From assembly GCA_030141605.1 (NCBI GenBank), contig JAQGDQ010000284.1:236136-300135 (forward strand): a stretch of 64,000 nucleotides of DNA, read 5' to 3'. Below the pieces are notes generated by a model. The model made no database searches. It had not been told where the DNA came from and saw nothing but the letters and a program-made list of their open reading frames with translations. The stretch comes from Tubiluchus corallicola (Eukaryota > Animalia > Priapulida). Of the stretch, positions 24,644-36,400 are shown in pieces; positions within the stretch are counted from its first letter, which is position 1; each line of letters begins with the position of its first letter. Position numbers and translations under genes: made by a program.

Positions 24644-26100
24644 GAAGACTACTTTATTTAAAGTCGATCATACAAACTGTAAATAGAATCTTTTACAACC
24701 CACTGATAAAGAATAGGAAAGAAATACAAGATAAATATAGAACTGTATAAAAATAAAGCATTCATCTGCATATGTAAAGAAATTAATAAAACTTAACTTG
24801 ATATTTAGAGCTAAAATTACGTAAGCGTAGACTGCATATAATACACAGGTAAGCAATGTACATAAAAATTTAGCAGAACATTGTACATTATTACAAAGAG
24901 AACATCTCCAAGATTCTCTATTCCATGTCAGTAAAAGTCTTTTAAAAAGAGTAAAATGATATTTAAACCAACTTTCATGGCGCAGTGTTCGTAATGTCAA
25001 ATTAAACTTAATAGTTGTCTTGTGCGCCTAACTCGTTTAAGCAAAGAATTATCATTATTCTTCTACCTTAGCATCGATACGTGTTTTCTAAACCCTCAAG
25101 GTGAAAGTGGTCAGGCCTCGAAGCTAAACAACTCTCTCGAATCGGCTGATATATCCGCGCGCAATTATGTCGCGTGACAGCTGTCTTGCAGCTCTATTGG
25201 CCGCTGATTCAGTTCATGAACTGGACGATAATTACCCGGTCATTTGACGACTGTATAATTTCAAAACCGGCCCACAGGACACGATACTGGCCTTAACTAC
25301 AACCCTACAGCCAAGCGACAGGAAAACGAAGTTGTAATTTCATCCACTGGTCCTTGTATTCCACGCTTGTAGGGTGTTATCTAGTTAAGTACCAGTGTGG
25401 CCATGACTGTAGCATACTGACTGGAATCACAGCCCATTAGATACACAATATTTAATTTTCCATGTCGGTTAACTTACATGTGTTATAAATGAGCAGGTAG
25501 AATGAATTTGGGCATCCTATGAACCCATTCACCTCCTACCCACGCTCCCATTTACCTGTTTTGGCGATGCTAATATCGACATAAATCATCGAAATCGCGA
25601 AAATTAATTTCGAGTTTCTGTTTTTGAAAAATGTTTCCACTGGCATCAGGACGTTTAGTGTTAATATAGCATCGGAATGACGGTCGGTTTTCTCAGGTAA
25701 ACGGAATGACTGATTGCGTTTATTGTCTAGTAGACAGGTGCGCAGTAGGTGAAATGAGCACGCGAACACACCTGTTGCTATTAAAGTGTATACTGTAGCC
25801 GATGCATAGAGGCTCCTTTATATAAATGATAAGATTGGATTACCCTGTGTGAATAGAAATTGCTTTGAGTAGCTACTTGAATTCAGTTTGGACTATATTA
25901 AGGTCACAAAGGGGTGCCAAAATAAACGCAGAAGATATAGAGACGGTGAAATTTGAACGGGAAGTTGATAAAAGTGAAGAAGGCGCTTTTTTAAACATTT
26001 CTTTTGGTATTTTGTGAACTGAGTGCTGAATTTAGTCTTTGTTACACATTAATTTCGGATAAGAAAATTACGATAAAATTCGAACTCTGTCATAATGAAG

Positions 26101-26429
26101 TACAGCACTGTGGTCAACACTTTCCATGTATAATATAGGGTGTTGTACCAGACAGATTTTTTACAGCAACTAAAAACTAGTACTAATAAGTTCATGTTCA
26201 AGTTAATTCTTGAATACTACCTGACTGTTATTAATATTTTTCAACTTAATAACAGAAATATTATTACAGCACTGTGGTCAGCACTTTCCATGTACAATAT
26301 AGGGTGTTGTACCAGACAGATTTTTTACAGCAACTAAAAACAAGTACTAATAAGTTCATGTTCAAGTTAATTCTTGAATACTACCTGACTGTTATTAATA
26401 TTTTTTTAACTTAATAACAGAAATATTAT
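26101..26429. repeat. Tandem duplication, ~164-bp unit x2
   Basis: TACAGCACTGTGGTCA...AACAGAAATATTAT starts at 26101 and again at 26265. Confidence 0.95.
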
Positions 26430-26797
26430 GAACGTACTCATAGAAACATAACCAACTGATAGAGCGTACATGCACACATAATTTCGTTTATGCAGACTGT
26501 TTATTGCACATTCAAGTTTATTCAACATTTTGGGCAGATGTATTGCATAAGTGATATGATTGCAAATTTTAATATTCCTAGCTATGATATTATTACACGA
26601 AAGATAGCAGGATTTATTATATATAGGCTGGCAGAACTAGCTAAATCAATTGATAATTTGTGTGTTTAGTTATAGTTATATGGACGAATTAATGCAAACT
26701 ATGTTTTGCACTGTGAGATAAACATCTTTTACCATTTTAAAGGGGCGACTTTTATTGTTTTTGCCTCTGTGTGTTGTATTTATAGTGATTTGTCGTG

Positions 26798-27052
26798 TTT
26801 ATTGTGTTTTATATGTAAGTGTGTATGTATGTATGTATATATGTAAATACTTTTATTAATTTCTATCGTGATTCTATAGCACAGCTGAATGTTTTCCAAA
26901 TTTTTATATAAAGCCATGCTATGCATATTTATTGTGTTTTTGCGTTTTATATGTAGGTGTGTATGTATGTATAGGTGTAAATATTTTTATTAATTTCTAT
27001 CGTAATTCTATGGTATAGCTGAATGTTTTCCAAATTTTAATATAGTGCTATG
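26798..27052. repeat. Imperfect tandem duplication, ~135-bp unit x2
   Basis: TTTTATATGTA.GTGTGTATGTATGTAT...TTAATTTCTATCGT...GCTGAATGTTTTCCAAATTTT occurs twice. Confidence 0.85.
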
Positions 27053-27798
27053 CAGTTTTAAATGAATGAAATAATTTAAAATAAAATCAATAACAAACAA
27101 TTACTAAGTTGGTGCCTGTTTTCTAAGACTCTGAATAATAGCGTGCTTAGTTAGTATTCTATAAGATGACAGTTGCACAGCCTCCACAGGATCAGCATGT
27201 CAACTACACATACTTGCATATCGTCATCATCATCATGTAGCTCTCATCAATATTAACTTCTTTGCGGCTTCCGTCATGCGTGCGTATACAAATGTAGCGC
27301 TCATTTTCATCTCTGTTCAATGAATTATTCAAGGTTATTTTTGCTTGTGCCTGGCATATCTCACAATTATGCAGCAGTGAATAAATTATAATGAATCTGC
27401 ACAGATGTCACATGTAAACCTGCTACGAGTTTAGACATAGAGTTGTAAATCGTCCCAAATTAGGGAAGTAAAATTAGGTATGGTGGCCTTGTCTTCTACA
27501 CAAGCTCTTAAAACATTATCAACCGAAAAACTTTTCAGTCAATTCAGTCAAGTACGATTAAACGTTTTCAGTTCTCTAAATGCCATAAATTTTACCCAGA
27601 CTAACGTTTTTGTCTTGGCTCTGCTAGAAACTCATCTTATTAAAAGGCACAAAATATGATGGCTGGTCTATTTTGCAATATTTGTACAGGCTGCCAGCTC
27701 GACATCTCGCGTCATCAGCACCATTTCCAGGATAAATCCAACAAAACAGCTGAAACTGAAATTGTTAAAAGATAAAATTAAGCTATTTTGAGCAAAAC

Positions 27799-28041
27799 AG
27801 ACGAAACTAAACTTTGGAAAACACAAATAATCGTTAACAGAGTCGAATGTTTTGAAAAACAATCGATTTTTATATCATTGTTGTTTGGGTGCATTCAAGC
27901 GTACCACACTAAACTTTTTGCTGTAGATTACTCGGAAAATTTTAAGATCGTCGACAAAAACTCCACTTTTTATTGCGACCGAAACGCCACAAAGATGACG
28001 AAAACATTCTATACATTGCAGCTTAATAAAACAAGTAATAT
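27799..28041. repeat. Dispersed repeat, inverted relative to 24136-24378
   Basis: Reverse-complement similarity over ~240 bp. Confidence 0.8.
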
Positions 28042-29734
28042 AATCAATTATTATTAAGATGTTTTCTCACTAAGACAAAATGTAGGCCAAAAACTGTTTT
28101 GTCCATATACACCGTGTACACGAGACCAGTATTCTGAAGATGTTCAACTCTTCCTGTGGAATTCGTTTTCGTTAAAGACGTTTGCCAGTGTTGGGGGTAC
28201 AAGGTCTTACTTTCCTTACCTGTCCGTGGTGCTCACAGGATTAAGACATGTAAAACTACGCTCAAATCCATTTGTTTGCTTTCTTTAAACTCTTTAACAA
28301 CTCAAAACACAACCAGAATTGCTATAAATCCTCTCCGTAGAATCACCCAAGAAAAAAGTGACTTTAAATTAAAATATAGACGAAACAATTCTTATTATAA
28401 TTAGATAACGCATTTTTTGTGACAAACCAAATCTTTTAAGCTGGGCGAACCACTTTTAACAATTCTTTACGACCACACTATACTGCACTTATGCCACTTA
28501 AGGATACTCTTGCATGTCTCAGTTTTTTTACGAAGCAAAGTTCACGGAGGACACAACGTGCTGTGCGACAAGACAGTAAATCTATGACAAGATGGATTTG
28601 TGGCCATTTTATGATCTTGTTACAACCTCGTAGACAGTCGCGTCTTTGACAGACATTCACCGACTGTTTTTCTTTTATTCCAGAAGCGGTTTTCTGTGGC
28701 ATGTTTACTGGAATTTGCTTCCATCTTGCAGTCAAGATGGTATCTTTGATACACTATAACTGTTGCATCGCTTAATAGCATCTCCCTGTTTGTTGATAAG
28801 GTATATTTACTAAAGCATGTTGTTATTAGTAATCTAGTGACAGGGAGGTTCCACAACATCAAATTTTTGGAACATCCGCTTACTGGTTCTGCCCCTGCTT
28901 TGCTGAGCAAATGTTTTTCAATGCGGCCTGTGTTGCTCTGTGAGCATTGAGTGAGTCTGAACCGAAATTAGGTGCATTACACTTGCCTACATAAACCCGC
29001 TTGTCGAGTACTTAGACATGTTTAAAGAAACATAGTCTACAAGTACACCTTGTTGAAGTTGAATGGCTTTGAAAATGCCCGCAGTATTACAGCAGGGGAA
29101 CTGAACAAGCCGCTCCATTATTCAATCATTGGTTTAGTGCTTTTTTATCCTAGCCGAATAAAACTTGGTTTATGTTGCACTGTCCTGGGTATTCTTTCGA
29201 GTAAGCAACTTAGTACAATGCAAAGTGTACTAAATGGTACTCAACTGCCCATCATAAAAAAGAATTCTTAGCTGGTGTCATTGTGCAACAAGCTAAGTTC
29301 TATCTTTTTGTCAGGAATTGGTGAATCGACTATTTTAAAACAAGTCTTTGCACCAATTCATGCAATGAAAAAATATCAAGTTCACATCCTGGGAAGATGG
29401 GGCTCTAGGAGTGAAATGAGGCGGAATGGCATCGTCAACAACAAACAAACAAACAAACAAGCAAACACATAAACAAACACATAAACATTAACAACAACAA
29501 TAATTTTTAGATGCCAAATCAGCCGAACCTTGGCACCAAAATGAAACTTTCAGTTGTCAATGGTAAGTTGTGACACATGTAACCGCTTCAGTCAATTAAG
29601 CACAAAAGTGTTAGTTTTCAATTAAGCATCTTCTTTAAAACTGACTCAGTCAAATATCTTGTTTACTCATAATTTGATTCTTCTCCCCCAAAGTGCTTTT
29701 GTGTGACCATTTTTAATACTTGCGAGAATTAATG

Positions 29735-29912
29735 TGGAACAATCTAACAAGCCCTGCTTTTTGATTGCACGCAACACATTTACATTCGTATATAAGTGAA
29801 CAGTGTTTGAGGCTTTTCCTGTGCAGTATTTCTTATTTGTATTACGTTCATTGTAGGTCCTTTCACTAGATATTGTACATGAAACTATTGTAAATGTGTA
29901 ATGTGAAATAAA
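29735..29912 (+). repeat. Dispersed repeat, probably a LINE 3'UTR; related copy at 42768-42920
   Basis: Shared ACAATCTAACAAG..CTGCTTTTTGATTGC.CGCAAC.CATTTACATT...CTTTTC.TGT.CAG...CCTTTCACTA. Confidence 0.65.
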
Positions 29913-30059
29913 TGACTTAAAAAGGACTAATTGTTATTTGTTCAGTACGCTCGAGCCACAATATTCCTTTGTAAGGTCTTTACTATGTCTTTAGTAAACG
30001 CCTCTTTCGCTGTTAATTAAATCTGCTTTGTTTATTTGACTGTAATGTAATGCATGTAA

Positions 30060-30335
30060 TACGTAATAGTGGTTCAGTAAACAAACATATACATACATAT
30101 ATATGTATAGTAAATAGATATATCACCACGTAATAGTGGTTCAGTAAACAAACATATACATACATATATATATGTATAGTAAATATATATATATATATCA
30201 CCACGTAATAGTGGTTCAGTAAACAAACATATACACACATATATATGTATAGTAAATATATATATCACCACGTAATAATGGTTCAGTAAACAAACATATA
30301 CATACATATATATGTATAGTAAATATATATATGAC
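30060..30335. repeat. Minisatellite, ~66-76 bp unit x4 with variable (TA)n
   Basis: ACGTAATAGTGGTTCAGTAAACAAACATATACA... repeated four times. Confidence 0.92.
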
Positions 30336-30979
30336 CACAAGCCTGGTTCAAGGTTTTTACAAATCGCCTTGTATAGAATAAGATGAAATCTCTCTAAAAT
30401 TTTTTGCAGTTTGGTGAATTCATCATTGTGCAATAACGTGCAATAACTGTCTGTACGTCTGAATTTACGCGTTGCTGATTATTATGCAAAAACTTCCGAA
30501 TCAAGCCAAGCATTGAATATCACCTCTAAAAACTCGTCCTGTGTGGTGGGAACTAGAATCGAGTTTGAAATCACGAAATTGTAGCAAATCAAAGAGCGTT
30601 GCTGCTGCTTGAAATGATGCATTTTTATAACGATTTCCTAATAGCTGTAATCAAACATAATGTGTCTGCTAAGAATTATCATACTATAGCTGTAATCAAA
30701 CATAATGTGCCTGGTAAGAATTATCACACAATGCTGTTCTCGGAAAGTGGCGAGTAACTTTTTTACCTGAGCGATTGTAGATACAGGTGTATAAACCATT
30801 CTACCTGTAATTAAGCTGTACAGTCAGCATCTCAACATCCGGCTTAAATTTTTGGCAACTGTTATGCGTACAGCAGACAGATAAACAGATACTGTATCAC
30901 AGCTTTAAATAACAATGAATCTTTGAAATTTTCCCAACAAAAACTGGCTCATATTTTTAAATCTTAACATATTTATAAT

Positions 30980-31305
30980 TAGGGCCTATTTCAGCCTAAG
31001 CGAAGCCCGGGGAAGTGGGGCGTGTGAGGCCCCCTCCCCCCGGGCGCCACCATGGTTGGCGCCCATAAAATTTTTGAACTACTAGAACGCCGGAGAAGCA
31101 TTTTCGAAGAGAAAATATGGAGTTATACAGTTGTTAAAGAAAAGAATAATTGAAATAAAAACTGCTTTATTCTCAAGACCAGTCCTTAATACTTCTCAAA
31201 TAGTCAAATCAAAAACAAGAAAAAAATGTTACCTCGGCGCGAGGCGCCCCTGGAGGGTGAGGCCCCGGGGAAGTATCCCCACTTCCCCCCTCCCCCTCCC
31301 CCCCG
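30980..31305. mobile_element. Second, inverted member of the 22945-23281 hAT MITE family; one TIR missing
   Basis: Starts AGGGCCTATTTCAGCC; 31113-31195 and 31220-31285 are reverse complements of internal parts of the 22945 copy. Confidence 0.8.
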
Positions 31306-31707
31306 TTTATAATATATCTTATTTTGTAGTGTATGTTAGTTAGTGCAACTAGAGAATAGATCAGCCACCTGGTCATTGTTGAACTTAGACGCGTTCAAAA
31401 TACTGGAATAATTTTGCGAAAATTTCTTTAATAGCACTAATTTGGCTCTTGCATGTGAACTCGCCCGTAAAATGGCGGTGTCAAATTGTTAACCTGTTAC
31501 TGTATAAAATCTTCCAAGTTTTTGCCCAGCGAGAAACTTCTCCAGGGCTCGGAAAATCACGGGATCTTTGTTCGGAAGATTGGCATCCGTTCAACTTACG
31601 ACTACCAATTAAAATATTCTAATTTGTATCAAACATTGAACGTGGTTAATCCGCATTAGCACGAGTTTCTTGTATTTGTTTACTGTCAAGACGACTAAAC
31701 GATCTCG

Positions 31708-31850
31708 TTTTGTGAGGTGTGCATCTTTCTTGCTGTCATAATTGCAAACTGTGTGAAAATGCCTTAATGACATAAACGATCATGTTTTCTGAGGTGTGCA
31801 TCTTTCTTGCTGTCATAATTGCAAACTGTGTGAAAATGCCTTAATGACAT
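31708..31850. repeat. Tandem duplication, ~78-bp period
   Basis: TGAGGTGTGCATCTTTCTTGCTGTCATAATTGCAAACTGTGTGAAAATGCCTTAATGACAT occurs twice. Confidence 0.92.
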
Positions 31851-31926
31851 TGTCGTCTCAAGCAGCTTTGAGATAATCCACAAACGAGAATTTTTCATAT
31901 TTGAAAAAATAGTCAGAATCCTGACT

Positions 31927-31932
31927 TTTATT
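31927..31932 (-). terminator. Candidate polyadenylation signal (AATAAA) for Delta; implies ~0.9 kb 3'UTR
   Basis: First minus-strand AATAAA I found downstream of the stop at 32846; not transcript-verified. Confidence 0.5.
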
Positions 31933-32845
31933 ATCAATCATAGTGGCAAGACACCAGTACGAATAATAATGAATATAATAGCTATTTACAACGAGACTGT
32001 ATATACAAAGTTTTACATAAGTACTTCACGTTGCTAGTTTAACTCTCGCGTGTACATAAAGAGACTACTACCATGGCACGCACATGCGCAGAAACGTCCA
32101 TGAGAAATCACCATGCTAAAATGATAATTGACGAAGAAAAGGCATTTGAAAAGGCCATATCAGTTTATATCCAGTTTTAACACCTTGGCAACCATTACCA
32201 ACCCTACAACTGAACTCTCTACAACTACAGCAATTAAGACACTGGTTTTTGCAGAAAAAAATTAATACGTCAAAATAGGAATCGTGGAAACGAGTCTGAC
32301 GGAGAGACGCAGAACAATGGCGTCTTTGTTATGCCGGGTAGAGGAGCAGGGTAGAGAGGAGCAGGAGTGTTTGAGAGCATGATGTCAGTGGCCACACCAG
32401 GCGAATATAAATTACTATAATATTTAACTATTATTCTCATTAAATTATACTCTTCGAATACATAGGAAATGTGACGAATAGAACTTTGATTTCTGACTTA
32501 GAATTATTCCTAAACAATAACAGTTTAGCGGAGATCTATAATTTAGGCAAAACGGTTGAAATCAGCACTTTTCACATTTCACACAACATTTACAGCGGGG
32601 GACCCTAAAACAACGAGGGGCCCTCATAAGGTAAATTTGTTTGACTATCTAGAATTTGTAATCTAAATTACATACAAAACACGATACAATTGCGCAATCG
32701 TATAAAATCTAGCTCAACGTTTTTAACTATAAATTAATTTACAAATACATAATGTACAAAAATGACAAGGCACTTAATTTACTTCTCCGACATATATTAC
32801 AGATAAATAGAACTCTACATGGGTGGGTGGGGGGTGGGGCGGATG

Positions 32846-32987
32846 CTACACCTCCGTGGCAAGCATTGACTCGTTCGTGGGTGCGGGTACCCCGTGATGA
32901 TAATGTTTTTCTATGACGTATACTGTAGGCGTGTCAGAGCGATGCGATTTGTCCACGTAGACCTCAATAGGCTGTTCACTTGTTCGA
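32846..32987 (-). CDS. Delta: Delta exon 9 (C-terminus ...[27 protein letters not shown])
   Basis: Acceptor TTTTCTTGCAG, phase 2 matches exon 8; ends GCC ACG GAG GTG TAG. Not in the ORF track. Confidence 0.92.
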
Positions 32988-33433
32988 CTGCAAGAAAAAG
33001 AAAGTTGTGTCAATTATTATGTATGACTAGTAATATGTACAGCACAGAGTCAACAGCAGCAGCAACACCACCACCACCAACAACAACAACAACATCTATG
33101 CCAAAAATATTTCATAAAGACAGCAACCGAAAATGATGATGACTACATCGTAGCAAAAACTGCAATGTAAATTTATTATTTGCATATCTGTAAAAATTAG
33201 ATGAACAATTCTTTTTTGGTAGTTATTGTTTTGATATATTGTTGTCATGTTAGTGGAATGCTGCTATTGTTGCTGTTGTTGTTGCTGCTGCTGTGGTAGT
33301 TGTTGTTGTTGATGCTGTTGTTGTTATAGTTGCTGTTGTTGTTGCTGCTGCTACTGTTGTTGTTGTTGATGTTGCTACTGTTGTTGCTGCTGCTGCTGTT
33401 GTTGGTGGTGCTGTTGCTACTGTTGTTGTTATA

Positions 33434-33467
<34 letters not shown>

Positions 33468-36400
33468 CTGTTGTCGTTGGTGTTGCTACTGTTGTTGCTG
33501 CTGCTGCTGTTGTTGTTATAGTTGCTGCTGTTGTTGTTGTTGTTGTTGATGTTGCTACTGTTGCTGCTGCTATAGTAGTTGGTTTTTAGTTACAAACAAA
33601 AAAGTAAGAGCAGCATAGGAACAAGCTAAGAAGACACACATGTTAAATGTTTTCAAGACTTAATCACATACGAAAGAGTTCTTATCCAACTTAACAAAGT
33701 TTAACATTTCAAACATGTCTGCTACGAAGGTCATTTCAGTTTGTTCACACAGAAAATGCAGGCGACGGTTCACTTATACCGCCAGGATATCCGAAACATT
33801 TAAATTACAGGCTGTTTTGTATGCAGTCTTGTTAAACGTTATCAAGTCGAATGATCTGCCATGTATGAGCCCATCACACAAATGGCTTTCATCCGTCCAG
33901 CTTTCTCTCTATGTTTTTCAATGACTACAGGGGCTCTGCTTTCTCACTGATCTATCAACATCAGTGTTCTATTGAAACGTGTGACCTCATTGCCAAGCCG
34001 GTGCATGGTGTTTGAACTACTAATGGGCAAATTTTCTCATAAAACCAGCAGGGAAAAGAACAAAAGTTGCGCCAATTTAGGCGCGGCAGAGGCGGTGAAC
34101 GAGTACAACGCGACGTAAAGGACAAGGAAAAAGAAGAAGAAGAAACGCGTGACCTACCTGTCGTCCAGTGAACGATGGACGCCCGGCAACGTTGGATCTA
34201 ACGACGAATCCCCGTCGTCGAGCTTTCGATTTGAAACTTTTTCCACAGATTTTAATTGTTCGTGGATAAGCGAGTCAGTTAAGAACTGCTTGCTGCTTTT
34301 TTCGACAATGTTTTTAGTAGGTTTTTTCAATGTGTCAATGTCTTCATTGGTAACTTTCAAGCACACATTGCTACCCGCAGGATGAATACTGCTCACTATG
34401 TTGGAGTCCTTAGTGCTCCTGTTATTCATGCTGTTCTGCTGGTTTTGTTTATTTTGCTTTTTAGCTTCGATGTCACTGTCGCTCTTCCGCCGCCGTCTTC
34501 GGCAGAAGATGACTATTACACACAAAAGGATTGCCAATACGGGCAATGTCACAGAGATGACGACAATGAGTATGACGTGCGAGGAGGACAATTCGTCGTT
34601 GTCTCCGTTCTCTTCTTCCGGCTCCGCTTTCAACGAATCGTTGCGGCCGGGAGCAGCGGATGGCTCCTCGGAAGACGTGGGGATCGCCATGCTGGGTGTG
34701 ATTCTGGACTTAGTCGGTATTTCACATTTCTTTCCGGTAAATCCGCGAGCACATTCACAAGTAAAGTAATTCACGTGGTCTATGCATCGACCACCGTTTT
34801 TACATTTGTTGACAGTACACTCATTGACGTTGACCGAGCAGTCCTTTCCCGTAAATCCCGGTTGACAAGTACAACTGTAGTCGTTGACCAAGTCGGTGCA
34901 CGTTCCGCCGTTAGCACATGGATTGGTCAGGCAGTCGTCCACATTCGTCTGACACAACGATCCCAGAAATCCCGGTATGCAATGGCACACAAACGAGTTG
35001 ACCTTATCAATACACGTTCCACCGTTTTTGCAAGGGTTGAAGGAGCATTCGTCAACGTTGTCCTCACAGGTGTTGCCCTTGAAGCCAGACTTGCAGATAC
35101 ATTCAAAGCCATTGAACAAATCCACACACATGCCGCCTGCAAACACAGAATTAATTACTGTCATTTATCCTGTCATAACTCCAAGAGAAAATTGCTCATT
35201 AAAACGCAAAGCCAAATTATAATTAGTGTAATTAATTGCCCAGATTTTAATGTAAAATGCAAATTAGCTAGGGCTTTTATAGCCATTTTTCAAGTTAATG
35301 AAGATAGGATTACACACGCTCTAGCAAAAATGAGGCTACGCATACTCCCAGAAACAAAAGTGCATCAAGAACCCACATGACAATTAGAAGTGGCAATGAC
35401 GATGTGGCTAATGACAATATTTACCATTGGAACACGGACTACTCTCACATTCGTTGATCTCATGGTCACAGTTGACGCCATCAAAACCCGGTTGACACAG
35501 ACACGTGTAACTGTCCTGGGTATCGATACAGGTGGCACCGTTCTGGCAGGGGTTCTCTGCACAAGAGGTGCTGGCGTCAGTCTCACAGCGTCTTCCATGG
35601 TACCCGGGTGTGCAGGTACAGGAGAAGTTGGAGCCAATGTCCTGCAATCATATTAAACATAGTTGTTAAAATGACAAATTCCAACTGTTAGCCGCAAAGT
35701 TATTGATATCTTGTTACAAAAGACTACAAATATCATCATGGGAGTAAATTACCACCAGAAACTGTCATTCTCTTCAAAATCACTGACATTATGTTGAGAA
35801 TAGATTGCCAAGATTTCCGCTTAACAGCGTGTGACATCATTGGCACAGACAGAATAAGCATTTTCACAGTTTCGTTGTGCACACAAGCAGTTGTTGCAGG
35901 TCAAAGCTTAAGTGTACCACAGCAGATCATCTTAAGTATAACCATCGCATGACATGTGTGTAAAGCAAAGCCGTATGCTGCATCAGTTCAGTAACATTAG
36001 TTGTTTTACTTAGAGTTTACTTAATTATGCATTACTAGTGTGATTTACGAACAGAACTTGCTTGGGAACAAGAAAAAATAGCTGTAAAAACTGTTACTAT
36101 TACAGTAAGGCTGTGAGGTGTTGTCAAGTGTAAACAAATGCGTTGTCCCGTACATTTAACTTTGATCTTTCCACGATCATCATCAATCGCTGGAACTGTG
36201 AAAAGGCTTATTGTTAAGTGGAAATGACCTTAGAAAGGGCTAGTAATGAATCCTCTGAATGAGATGATACTGTACTTAAGTTGTAAAGAAAAAATACGTA
36301 TCTACTCACGTTACATGTACCCCCATTAAGGCACGGCGACACAGCACAATTGTCCAGGACCACCTCGCAATTGGTTCCCGTGAAACCCGGCAAACAGGAA

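Noticed and set aside
34382-35380. 332-aa plus-strand ORF (also 34398..34769, 36415..36684, 40318..40551)
   Set aside because: Antisense shadows of GC-rich Delta exons with no recognisable domain.
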